Part shown: piece after piece, positions 26,047 to 34,955 of the stretch
Position numbering within the stretch: the first letter of the stretch is position 1
Layout of the letters: every line of letters begins with the position of its first letter
Virus record (IMG/VR): IMGVR_UViG_3300025450_000015
Coordinates: 32,001-96,000 of that record
DNA length: 64,000 nucleotides
DNA from: a virus
Strand: one strand, 5' to 3'
Translations under genes and position numbers: made by a program
Notes under the pieces: generated by a model
The model's database searches: none
The model's input: only the letters and a program-made list of their open reading frames with translations
Told to the model about the DNA's origin: nothing

Positions 26047-26931
26047 ATGAAAGTTTATGAAATAATCTCAGAAGGAACTGGCAGTAGTATATTGGCAGCT
26101 ATTGATAAATTTGCCAGTACTACACCTATTTCCGGCAAAGCTGTTACACTTAAAACAGAAAAAGTTCTTGGTGGTTATTTAAAAATCATCAAGTATTTGA
26201 ATCTTGCCACTTTTATCTATCAGTTCATGCAACACAGAATGGTCATTGAAAAGATGATTCAAGCTGGAGAGCTAGAAAAAGAAGACTATCCTGTGGCCAT
26301 GCGTCTTGAAGCTGAAAAGATGGTGGTGTCTATGATAGCAAGCGGTGCTATACTGCGTGTTATTCAATTTTTCTTTAGAATATTTTTAGTTGGTAGAATT
26401 GCAACTGGCGTAGTTGGAACTGCCGCTGGTATTTTTACCGGGGGCATACTTGCTCCAGAAAGTATTGCTTTATTGTTGGCTCAAGAAGCCGCGGCATTGT
26501 ATTTGCAAAAATGGCTAGCTACCAAAGAAGGTCAACAATGCGTGGCCTATGTTGTACTACACTTGGTCGATCCAGGTGTAAAAGTATTATGGGATTTAGG
26601 ACCAGGCACATTTGCTGGCAAACTAAAAGACTTAAGTAGCAAAGGCCAAGCTGGATACGATAAGAAATTAGGACCTGGCGATATCGGCGATAAAATTTCA
26701 AACAAACTTAACGGTTTGGCAGGCACTGCTGGCACAGCATTGGGTGTAGATGCCACAAGTTCTAACAGTAAAGATACTACAGCTGGCAGTTCAACTCCTA
26801 ATGCATCAATCAACGCTACTTCAGCTTCGGGCAATGGTCTTGACACGGATAAACTATTACATGATCCTGCCAACTATACATCAGACAATGCGTTTGCTAA
26901 AAAATACGGAAATCCTTGGCAAAAGAATTAA
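26047..26931 (+). CDS. Hypothetical late protein with hydrophobic Gly/Ala-rich segment; possible internal head protein
   Basis: TAAATA at 26023-28 and AGGA SD; N-terminus MKVYEIISE; hydrophobic stretch at about residues 90-155. Confidence 0.6.
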   Translation: MKVYEIISEGTGSSILAAIDKFASTTPISGKAVTLKTEKVLGGYLKIIKYLNLATFIYQFMQHRMVIEKMIQAGELEKEDYPVAMRLEAEKMVVSMIASGAILRVIQFFFRIFLVGRIATGVVGTAAGIFTGGILAPESIALLLAQEAAALYLQKWLATKEGQQCVAYVVLHLVDPGVKVLWDLGPGTFAGKLKDLSSKGQAGYDKKLGPGDIGDKISNKLNGLAGTAGTALGVDATSSNSKDTTAGSSTPNASINATSASGNGLDTDKLLHDPANYTSDNAFAKKYGNPWQKN

Positions 26932-27143
26932 ATCAGTGGCAGGCCTGAATTCTTAGTAGCTTCTGTATTACCCTTAATTATTTCTGAAATCAACTTGATA
27001 TCTTCATGACTGTACGTGTGAAATAAATCGTTTATATTCACTCCACCACGCATGAACCAACTTATTCTAAATAATTCTTCTTTAAAATCTAAAACTTCTT
27101 TTTCTAGCCTAACAAGATAATCTTTAATATCTTCGTTAGTCAT
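26928..27143 (-). CDS. Small baseplate-hub/tail assembly protein (gp51-like position); probably also or mainly the C-terminal part of a frameshift fusion
   Basis: 71-aa ORF just downstream of the gp26-like gene, in its -1 frame, with no clear SD. Confidence 0.6.
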   Translation of the reverse strand: MTNEDIKDYLVRLEKEVLDFKEELFRISWFMRGGVNINDLFHTYSHEDIKLISEIIKGNTEATKNSGLPLI

Positions 27144-27148
27144 CTTTG

Positions 27149-27973
27149 TTAGGCGCCAACGAAAAAATTTGTCTGATTTAACTCCAATAAAATTTTGTCA
27201 GCTGTATCGCAAGAAGAGCAAACTATATCAATATCTGGATACTTCATATTTTTAATATTATTTTCAAACTGTGTTTTAAGTGATTGAAAAACAGCTCGGT
27301 CACATTTCTCTACAAATTCTTTAATGAATTCTCTTTCAACTACCACAGTGTCAGGTAATTCAATGCTTTCAATGCTTTCAAACATCATGTTTGTTTGTAT
27401 TACTCCAAGCGATTCATATATTTCACGCAAGAATCCTTCTTGATCAGCTTCTGGAACATTGTTTATTTGAAATAATCTTCTTTGAAGGTTAAAAGTTTCT
27501 ATGTTGAATTTGTTTGATTCTTTGTATGATAACGGTCTTACATTTATAACAATTTCATCTTCTTTGATTTTGTTAGAGAATGACGCATGTTTATAATGTT
27601 CTAAAATAATTCCTAAATCTGCATCATAATCATTTTCTGATTGACATTTTTTACATGTATGGGTCAGTGATATACTATTGCCATAGGTTGCTACTCTAAT
27701 AGCCACCACTAGCATTTCTATATCCATACTGGGTAATTCATAAGGATCTGTAATATCTGGACAACAACTTTTAACAGTTCGTGTAATTGCTTCGCCTGAC
27801 AGTAAAGCATCAGGTGTCTTTAAAATGATTTCATCCATGCCGGTTAATCCATATACAGCTAGATTACTGTGTTTGTTTAAAGAACCGGGCTTATTATAGA
27901 TCCCTTTAGAAGGTAAATCTACAAATATTTTTGGTTGTCTAAAGTATTGCTGTAAAGGGTTGTTTTCTGCCAT
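27149..27973 (-). CDS. gp26: Baseplate hub assembly protein / tail chaperone, gp26-like
   Basis: RQPKIFVDLPSKG, DEIILKTPDALLSG, DIEMLVVAIRVATYG, two CxxC pairs, ends NFF; adjacent to the tape measure. Confidence 0.72.
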   Translation of the reverse strand: MAENNPLQQYFRQPKIFVDLPSKGIYNKPGSLNKHSNLAVYGLTGMDEIILKTPDALLSGEAITRTVKSCCPDITDPYELPSMDIEMLVVAIRVATYGNSISLTHTCKKCQSENDYDADLGIILEHYKHASFSNKIKEDEIVINVRPLSYKESNKFNIETFNLQRRLFQINNVPEADQEGFLREIYESLGVIQTNMMFESIESIELPDTVVVEREFIKEFVEKCDRAVFQSLKTQFENNIKNMKYPDIDIVCSSCDTADKILLELNQTNFFVGA

Positions 27974-27985
27974 TTTAGGCTCCTG

Positions 27986-28010
27986 ATAAATATAGTGTAC
28001 AGTATTTATA
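27986..28010. promoter_or_regulatory. Face-to-face late promoter pair (TAAATA + at 27987-92; TATAAATA - at 28010-28003)
   Basis: ATAAATA-tagtgtacag-TATTTAT inverted arrangement in the 62-bp gap between the divergent gp26-like and tape measure genes. Confidence 0.7.
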
Positions 28011-28035
28011 TACGCATATTTTCAGGATTTTTTTT

Positions 28036-29961
28036 ATGTCAGATAAAGACGAAATCATTGCCGCAATCAAAGACGGATTCAAAAGTGCCGGAAGCTCTTT
28101 TGGCTCTGGAGCTGGAAGTGGAAGTGGAAATATTACAAATTTAATTGGTAATATGGGACTACTAAGTGGAACGTTTGGTACTGTAGTAACCTCGGCAAAA
28201 TTAGTAGCAAGTGCGTTTCAATCTATTGCAAAAGCATCAGAACAGTTAATAACAAATTTTCAACAAGCGTCCGATACCGGCGTAACATTTACAAAAAATC
28301 TTGTAGGTTTCAACATTGCAGTTTTGCAAACTATGTTGTCTACAGAAGACTTTGTTAAAGTAATCAATAAAAATAAAATTGGCTTTACTGGACTCGGTGG
28401 CGGCATGGAGGAAAGTACAAAAGCATTTGCTCAATTGAGTAAAGATCTTTCTAAGAGCGATTTTGCAACACAGTTGAGAGATCTAGGATATGACACAGAA
28501 GGTTACAATGAGTTGCTAGCCATATCGGCTACACAATTTGGAGCATTAAATTCTAAAATGGGTAGACTAGGTCCTGATGGCATCGATCGGACTCTTCAAG
28601 CAACACGTGATTTAGGGCAACAATTATCTTTAGTTGCTGAACTGACCGGCGAAAGTAGAAAAGCCCAGATGGAAGAAATACAAAAATCCAGAGAGAATGA
28701 GGCCTTACAAGTAGCATACGATCAATTAGGTGAAGGAGCGAGAGCCGCTTTTGAATCTATGGAAAGTGAACTAAAAGCATTTGGTGTTGGAGACCTTAGC
28801 AAAGCGATTGTAGCACAAAACGGTAATTTAACACAAAAACAATCAGAACAATTAGCTGTGTTAGGTGCACCTGGTATTCAATTTAGAGATGCATTATTAA
28901 ATTATACTAAGACCATGGCGTCAGATGCAGAACCTGCGGTCAAAGAAAAAGCAAAAGCCGATTTAAGAGCGGCTGAACAAGGCATTAACGAATTAACAAA
29001 AACTAAAGAATTTCAAGACAGAGTAAGATATCAACAGTTTTACACAGATGCAGGCAGCCAAGTGGGAGAATTTTCTTCAAAAGTATCTGCCGCTAATCGA
29101 AACATTAACGAAGCTATTCGTGCCGAACGATCAAAAGAAGGCGGAGACAAAAATGCAAGTGTAACTTCTATAATACAGGCATATACGAAAAAAGTAGAAA
29201 AAGACGAAGAACAAAGAAAAAATGAAACAGAAGAGCAGAAAAAAGAAAGAAAAGCTCAGGAAGAATTATCAAAAGACATGCTTCGTGGACAACAGATATT
29301 AAATCAACAGAATACAATACTACTAGGTGAGTTATTAAAAGTAGGAGCAAATAAATTAGGTTCTGAAGCTTTGAAATATGATATATCGAGTAAATTAAAT
29401 CAACAAAAACCGGACGGTAGTCCTAATACATTTAACCCTGACAACATACAGCGTAAGACCGAGGAGATTTTTAATGCAATAACAGATGCTGTAGGTAAAA
29501 CTATGCCTGCTGGATTTGTTAAAGGCTTAGAAAATGCTACAGACATTATTGCAAAATATGGTAAATCAGCATTCGATTGGGCTTCAGATAAATTAACTGG
29601 AAATGTAAAACCCCATGCAACTGGAACTATGGGAGTGTGGGGAGAACTATTTCACGACTTTAATACTAACGGTGAACTGCATCAGTTAGACGGTCGAGAA
29701 GCAGTGGTCACCGAAGCCCAATTTTCTAATATTATCAATAGTGTTGCCGGAACTGCAATGAATATTTCAAGCGATATTCAAAAAACTAATAGTAATACTG
29801 CCGGAGCTCAAGTTAATCAACTCAATGATGCTCATTTAACTGATATCAAACAACTGCTAGGACAGTTAAATACATTTATGTCACATTTGCCTGAAATTGC
29901 CAGCAATACTGATAAACAAATACGTGCCTTAAAAGATCTGCATCCAGATCTTCACGCCTAA
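28036..29961 (+). CDS. Putative tail tape measure protein
   Basis: 641 aa, helical and Ala/Gln/Lys-rich; C-terminal HATGT...LDGREAVVT motif seen in tape measures; next to the gp26-like gene. Confidence 0.62.
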   Translation: MSDKDEIIAAIKDGFKSAGSSFGSGAGSGSGNITNLIGNMGLLSGTFGTVVTSAKLVASAFQSIAKASEQLITNFQQASDTGVTFTKNLVGFNIAVLQTMLSTEDFVKVINKNKIGFTGLGGGMEESTKAFAQLSKDLSKSDFATQLRDLGYDTEGYNELLAISATQFGALNSKMGRLGPDGIDRTLQATRDLGQQLSLVAELTGESRKAQMEEIQKSRENEALQVAYDQLGEGARAAFESMESELKAFGVGDLSKAIVAQNGNLTQKQSEQLAVLGAPGIQFRDALLNYTKTMASDAEPAVKEKAKADLRAAEQGINELTKTKEFQDRVRYQQFYTDAGSQVGEFSSKVSAANRNINEAIRAERSKEGGDKNASVTSIIQAYTKKVEKDEEQRKNETEEQKKERKAQEELSKDMLRGQQILNQQNTILLGELLKVGANKLGSEALKYDISSKLNQQKPDGSPNTFNPDNIQRKTEEIFNAITDAVGKTMPAGFVKGLENATDIIAKYGKSAFDWASDKLTGNVKPHATGTMGVWGELFHDFNTNGELHQLDGREAVVTEAQFSNIINSVAGTAMNISSDIQKTNSNTAGAQVNQLNDAHLTDIKQLLGQLNTFMSHLPEIASNTDKQIRALKDLHPDLHA

Positions 29962-29971
29962 AGGATAATCG

Positions 29972-31729
29972 ATGAGTTGGAAAAAATATTTTACACCCGT
30001 CCCTGTTAACGGTCAGTTACTAAGCCCTATCAGCGGGCAATCTAGCGGAAACCGTCCAGGACCAGCACGTACAAATTATTCCAGCTATTTGCCAGATGTG
30101 TACACTGGTAGTCCAAACCGTATTGAACGTTATGCTCAATACGAAGTCATGGATAGCGATCCAGAAGTTAATGCGGCACTAGATATTCTTGCAGAATTCT
30201 GCACACAAAAATTAAAAGATTCTAAGAGTCCATTTGCTATTAAATGGCGCAACAAAGCAACTAACGCTGAAATTAAAATCTTAGGTGAATATCTACAGCA
30301 ATGGAACAAGCTACAACAGTTTGATACTCGCATGTTCCGTATTGTGCGTAACACATTCAAATACGGAGATGCATTCTTTGTACGTGATCCAGAAAATCAA
30401 AAATGGAATTGGGTCGATTCTGCACAAATTATTAAAGTTATTGTAAATGAAAGCGAAGGTAAGAAACCAGAGCAGTTCATTATTAAAGATCTTGCTCCTA
30501 ATTTTGAAAATTTAGTAGCAACACAGATCACTCCACAAGTTGGACCACGCCAAGGCGGACAAGGATCACAACCTAGCGGTGGAAATTTTGGTGGAAGCAC
30601 AAGTGGCGGTCCAGGTGGTGGCAAAGGTCCTACTCCAGGCAACACTAGTCGCTTTGGTTTAAATCAAAAAGAATCTGCTGTCAATGCAGAACATGTCATA
30701 CATTTAAGTTTGTCAGAAGGGTTAGACAACAACTATCCATTTGGCAACAGTTTATTAGAGAATATCTTTAAAGTTTACAAACAAAAAGAATTATTAGAAG
30801 ATGCTATTCTAATCTATCGTATACAACGTGCTCCAGAACGCAGAGTATTCCACATTGATGTAGGTAATATGCCTCCGCATTTGGCCATGGCATTTGTAGA
30901 ACGTGTAAAGAACGAAATCCACCAACGTCGTATTCCTTCACAAACAGGTGGAGGACAGAACGTCATAGACTCTGCATACAACCCTCTAAGCATTAACGAA
31001 GATTATTTCTTCCCTAAAACTCCAGACGGCAAAGGTTCCGACGTAACAATGCTAGAAGGCGGTAAGAATATTGGCGAGATTGATGACTTGAAGTATTTTA
31101 CTAACAAGTTATTCCGTGGATTGCGTATTCCTAGTAGCTATTTGCCTACAGGACAAGATGACAGTCAAAGCAATTTCAATGACGGTCGTGTCGGAACAGC
31201 ATACATTCAAGAACTACGTTTCAACAAATATTGCGAACGTTTGCAAAGTTTGTTAGTTCATATCTTTGATGAAGAGTTTAAACGCTTCATGTATTACAAA
31301 GGCATGAACATTGATCCTAATTTGTTTGAATTAAACTTTAATCCACCGATGAACTTTGCAAGTAGCCGTCAAGCTACTATCGATGCAGAGCGTATTAACA
31401 CCTTTAGTACCATCAGTGCATTGCCTTTCGTGTCAAAACGCTTTGCATTTAAACGTTTCCTAGCCCTAACAGACGAAGAAATTGCAGAAAATGAACGCAT
31501 GTGGGCAGAAGAAAACGGTCACGGTGAGCCAACTACTACAGATAGTCAAGGTGAATTGCGTGGTGCAGGGCTTAGTGCCGCTGGTATTGCAGGCGATTTA
31601 GCTGGTGCAAGCGATATGGAAGCACCTGAAGATATGCAAGGTCCTGAATCTGGTGAAGGTGCAGGCGGTGCAGTACCTCCTAGTACCGGCGGAGCAGGTG
31701 TAGCAGGTGGTGCTCAAGGACCGGTTTAA
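29972..31729 (+). CDS. gp20: Portal protein gp20
   Basis: YKQKELLEDAILIYRIQRAPERRVFHIDVGNMP, EDYFFP, LEGGKNIGEIDDLKYF..KLFRGLRIPSS, ELRFNKYCERLQ. Confidence 0.95.
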   Translation: MSWKKYFTPVPVNGQLLSPISGQSSGNRPGPARTNYSSYLPDVYTGSPNRIERYAQYEVMDSDPEVNAALDILAEFCTQKLKDSKSPFAIKWRNKATNAEIKILGEYLQQWNKLQQFDTRMFRIVRNTFKYGDAFFVRDPENQKWNWVDSAQIIKVIVNESEGKKPEQFIIKDLAPNFENLVATQITPQVGPRQGGQGSQPSGGNFGGSTSGGPGGGKGPTPGNTSRFGLNQKESAVNAEHVIHLSLSEGLDNNYPFGNSLLENIFKVYKQKELLEDAILIYRIQRAPERRVFHIDVGNMPPHLAMAFVERVKNEIHQRRIPSQTGGGQNVIDSAYNPLSINEDYFFPKTPDGKGSDVTMLEGGKNIGEIDDLKYFTNKLFRGLRIPSSYLPTGQDDSQSNFNDGRVGTAYIQELRFNKYCERLQSLLVHIFDEEFKRFMYYKGMNIDPNLFELNFNPPMNFASSRQATIDAERINTFSTISALPFVSKRFAFKRFLALTDEEIAENERMWAEENGHGEPTTTDSQGELRGAGLSAAGIAGDLAGASDMEAPEDMQGPESGEGAGGAVPPSTGGAGVAGGAQGPV

Positions 31730-31741
31730 TATAAATATAGT

Positions 31742-31990
31742 ATGATCCTACGTGAATTGTTTTATATTGATCCAAGCACTCGTAATGTAGCTAACGACTT
31801 ACGCTACGAGCCCCATCGTGACGATACTCAATTACATAGAGACGATACACGTAAGACACGTTTAACTCTTAGACAAATCAACGAATTACGCAAAAGCACA
31901 GAAGCACACATTCTAGAACAAGAAAAAGAACTAGAATTTATACATGCCATGTATGCAATGCCCGCTCCTGAAGCTGGTGCACCTCAATAA
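31742..31990 (+). CDS. Small conserved-looking head-module protein (82 aa)
   Basis: Between portal and core genes; DTRKTRLTLRQINELRK motif; TATAAATA at 31730-37 just upstream. Confidence 0.7.
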   Translation: MILRELFYIDPSTRNVANDLRYEPHRDDTQLHRDDTRKTRLTLRQINELRKSTEAHILEQEKELEFIHAMYAMPAPEAGAPQ

Positions 31991-31994
31991 TAAT

Positions 31995-32021
31995 AAAACT
32001 GTCAAAATTTGACTGTTTTTT
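31995..32021 (+). terminator. Possible weak intrinsic terminator
   Basis: AAAAC-t-GTCAAA-a-TTTGAC-t-GTTTTTT directly after the stop; a new TAAATA box follows at 32054-59. Confidence 0.4.
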
Positions 32022-32098
32022 GCCTATATCACCCCGTTTTTTTAACATAGGTGTAAATATTACACAGCCTTGTATCTATAACAACAGGAGAATTTAAC

Positions 32099-33166
32099 AT
32101 GACTGACCGTGCTCAATTTGAAGCCATGCTTGAAGCGTTAATCAATGACGACCAACAAGCGGCAAAAGAAATATTTCATAATATCGTAGTAGGCAAAAGC
32201 CGTGAAATCTACGAAGAACTACTAGCAGAAGACTTTGGTATTGCTGGTACAAACAAAAAAGATTCCGGAAATCCATACACAGAAGAGATGGAAGAAAAGG
32301 ATATGGAAGAAGAAAGCTCCGAAGATGACGGGGAAGACAAAGAAGAAAACCCATTCGGCGGCGATGATGCAGAAGATGATGCAGAAGATGATAGCGATGA
32401 TGCAGAAGATGACAGCGATGATGCAGAAGATGACGCAGAAGATGATATGGATGACGCAGAAGATGACGCAGAAGCTATCGATCAAGATGCAGGCGACATG
32501 GAAGATCGCGTAATGGATCTAGAAGATGCATTAGAAGATCTAAAAGCAGAATTTGAACAGCTATTGGCTGGTGAAGAACACGAAGAAGAAAACGAGCCAG
32601 GTATCCATGGTGATGGCGCTCCAATGCACGATTTAGGTGCTGAGATGGGTGGTGACATGGGTAGTGACGATGATCATGAAATGGGCGGTTTAGATGAACT
32701 AGCTCACATCATGGAATACGTTAACAAGATCGGTGCTCCATACGAATCAGGCAAAAACATTGCTGGTTCAACAGAAGGCGCACACGTTGGTGCTCAAGCT
32801 GGTTCAGTTACAAGTAACATGAACAAGAAAAGTTCAATCGACGGACACATGGTAAACAACATGGGCGGCACTTCAGAAAACATTGCACAGAATCACGTAG
32901 AAGTAAAAGGTGATGCTGGTACAAGAGCCGGCGGAACCAAAGGTGGTTTAGCTGATCCAAGCAATCCAAAACCATTAATCGGTGATACAATGAACCGTCC
33001 AGGTGGCGATGCTGGTAAGAAAGCGTTCCGTGATCGTCAAAATGGTTATGGTGGTGTAGACAGCAATGGCAATCAGAAAAAAGCACAAGGTAAAGAAGTA
33101 GGTGCTAAAGATTCTAATGGCCGTGGCGAAAGCAACACACAAAGCGTTTTACGTGCTCGTAAATAA
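32099..33166 (+). CDS. Acidic prohead core/scaffold-associated protein (gp67/68-like position)
   Basis: Very D/E-rich; AKEIFHNIVVGKSREIYEEL and MEDRVMDLEDALEDLKAEFEQL; strong AGGAG SD; lies between portal and protease. Confidence 0.7.
   Translation: MTDRAQFEAMLEALINDDQQAAKEIFHNIVVGKSREIYEELLAEDFGIAGTNKKDSGNPYTEEMEEKDMEEESSEDDGEDKEENPFGGDDAEDDAEDDSDDAEDDSDDAEDDAEDDMDDAEDDAEAIDQDAGDMEDRVMDLEDALEDLKAEFEQLLAGEEHEEENEPGIHGDGAPMHDLGAEMGGDMGSDDDHEMGGLDELAHIMEYVNKIGAPYESGKNIAGSTEGAHVGAQAGSVTSNMNKKSSIDGHMVNNMGGTSENIAQNHVEVKGDAGTRAGGTKGGLADPSNPKPLIGDTMNRPGGDAGKKAFRDRQNGYGGVDSNGNQKKAQGKEVGAKDSNGRGESNTQSVLRARK
32363..32474 (+). repeat. Coding tandem repeat GATGAYGCAGAA (DDAE)n with 9-nt spacers
   Basis: Seven DDAE units interleaved with DDS/DDM. 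Confidence 0.85.
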
Positions 33167-33187
33167 TTAAAAGAGACTATTAAAAGT

Positions 33188-33817
33188 ATGTCTTTATACC
33201 TCCGAGAGAATCTCAGTTTCAACGAAGCAAAAATGATCGTTGAATCTGATGACAAAGATGGGAAAAACTTGTACATGTCCGGGATTTGCATCCAGGGCGG
33301 TATTAAAAACGCCAACCAGCGTGTTTACCCTGTTAATGAGATTGGCAAGGCTGTTAAGACCCTTAACGATCAGATTCAAAACGGTTATTCAGTTCTCGGA
33401 GAAGTGGATCATCCAGATGATCTAAAAATTAACCTGGACCGTGTGTCACACATGATAGTTAATATGTGGATGGACGGTCCTAATGGTTACGGGAAGTTGA
33501 AAATACTTCCAACACCAATGGGACAACTAATCAAGACGATGCTAGAAAGCGGAGTCAAGTTAGGTGTTTCAAGTCGCGGATCCGGAAACGTCAAAGATGA
33601 CGGATCCGGTGAAGTATCAGATTTTGAGATTATCACAGTAGATATGGTAGCTCAACCTAGTGCTCCTGGAGCATATCCCACACCAATTTATGAACACCTG
33701 ATGAATAATCGCGGTGGTCTAAGTGCCTTGCGTATAGCGGAAGAGGTGAAAGGGGATCCTAAGGCACAGAAATATCTCAAAGAGAGCTTATTAGCGATAA
33801 TAAGCAGACTCCAATAA
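33188..33817 (+). CDS. gp21: Prohead protease gp21
   Basis: GICIQGGIKNANQRVYP, GEVDHP, VSH, ILPTPMG, GVSSRGSG, DMVAQPSAPGAYP. Confidence 0.95.
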   Translation: MSLYLRENLSFNEAKMIVESDDKDGKNLYMSGICIQGGIKNANQRVYPVNEIGKAVKTLNDQIQNGYSVLGEVDHPDDLKINLDRVSHMIVNMWMDGPNGYGKLKILPTPMGQLIKTMLESGVKLGVSSRGSGNVKDDGSGEVSDFEIITVDMVAQPSAPGAYPTPIYEHLMNNRGGLSALRIAEEVKGDPKAQKYLKESLLAIISRLQ

Positions 33818-33830
33818 CAAGGAGAATCAT

Positions 33831-34943
33831 ATGTTGGATGCACTAAAAAGTTTATTTGAAAACAATGTGATTTCTGTAGAGATTAAAGAGTCAATTGAGA
33901 AGGCGTTTGAAGCTAAGGTTAACGAAGCTAAGGAAACAGCCGCTCAACAATTACGTGAAGAGTTTGCACAAAAATATGAACACGATAAAGCAACAATGGT
34001 TGAAGCAATTGATCGTATGATCACTGATCAACTAGCTGTTGAAATCGTAGAATTTGCCGATGATCGCAATCAATTAGCTGAGATGAAAGTCAAGTATGCT
34101 AAGAAGATGAAGAAAGATGCCGAGATGATGAAGGAATTTGTTACTCGTCAACTAGCTCAAGAAGTTCGTGAACTTCATGAAGATCAAGTAAGAATGGCAA
34201 ATAAGTTTGGCGTGTTAGAACAATTTGTAGTTGAGGCTCTAGCTCAAGAAATTACAGAGTTTGGTCAAGACAAGAAGGATTTAGCAGAAACTAAAGTTCG
34301 CTTAATCCGTGAAGGTCGACAAGAAATCAAGAAGGTAAAAGAGCAATTTGTAACTCGTGCCGCTAAGATGGTTCAAGGTGTTGTAAGCGAAGGACTACGT
34401 TCTGAAATTACATCATTAAAAGAAGACATCGAAACAGCTCGTCGTGCAGATTTTGGTCGCAAGTTATTTGAAGCTTTTGCTCACGAATATCAAGCGTCTT
34501 ACCTAAATGAAAAATCGGAAACATCTAAATTACTCAAGGTTATAGACCTGAAAGATCAAGCTATGCAAGAGGCCGCTAAGGCAGTCGTACAAGCTGAGCA
34601 AATCCTAGAAAGTAAAGATGCAGAGATCCGTGCTTTGAAAGAAGCTAAAGAAAGAAAAGAAATCATGAGTGAATTGTTGGCGCCACTTAACAGTGAGCAA
34701 AAGCAAATCATGAGCGAGTTGATGGAGTCTGTGAAAACAGAACGTCTAAACGAAAGTTTTGAAAAGTACTTGCCAAGCGTTATCAATGGTAATGTTAGCA
34801 AGACTCCGCAGAAGAAACAGGCACTAGTAGAGGCTAAAGAAATAACCGGAAATAAGATTTCCAACAACCAAAATAGCAGTGGGTTAGATGGTGACAGTAG
34901 CAATATTGTTGACATTCGTAGACTTGCTGGACTAAAATTTTAA
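33831..34943 (+). CDS. gp22: Prohead scaffolding protein gp22-like
   Basis: Long coiled coil between protease and major capsid gene; ends IRRLAGL. Confidence 0.8.
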   Translation: MLDALKSLFENNVISVEIKESIEKAFEAKVNEAKETAAQQLREEFAQKYEHDKATMVEAIDRMITDQLAVEIVEFADDRNQLAEMKVKYAKKMKKDAEMMKEFVTRQLAQEVRELHEDQVRMANKFGVLEQFVVEALAQEITEFGQDKKDLAETKVRLIREGRQEIKKVKEQFVTRAAKMVQGVVSEGLRSEITSLKEDIETARRADFGRKLFEAFAHEYQASYLNEKSETSKLLKVIDLKDQAMQEAAKAVVQAEQILESKDAEIRALKEAKERKEIMSELLAPLNSEQKQIMSELMESVKTERLNESFEKYLPSVINGNVSKTPQKKQALVEAKEITGNKISNNQNSSGLDGDSSNIVDIRRLAGLKF

Positions 34944-34955
34944 GGAGAAATTTAA

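Noticed and set aside
32363-32474. CRISPR-like array
   Set aside because: Units are 12-21 nt, in-frame and lack unique spacers; no cas genes.
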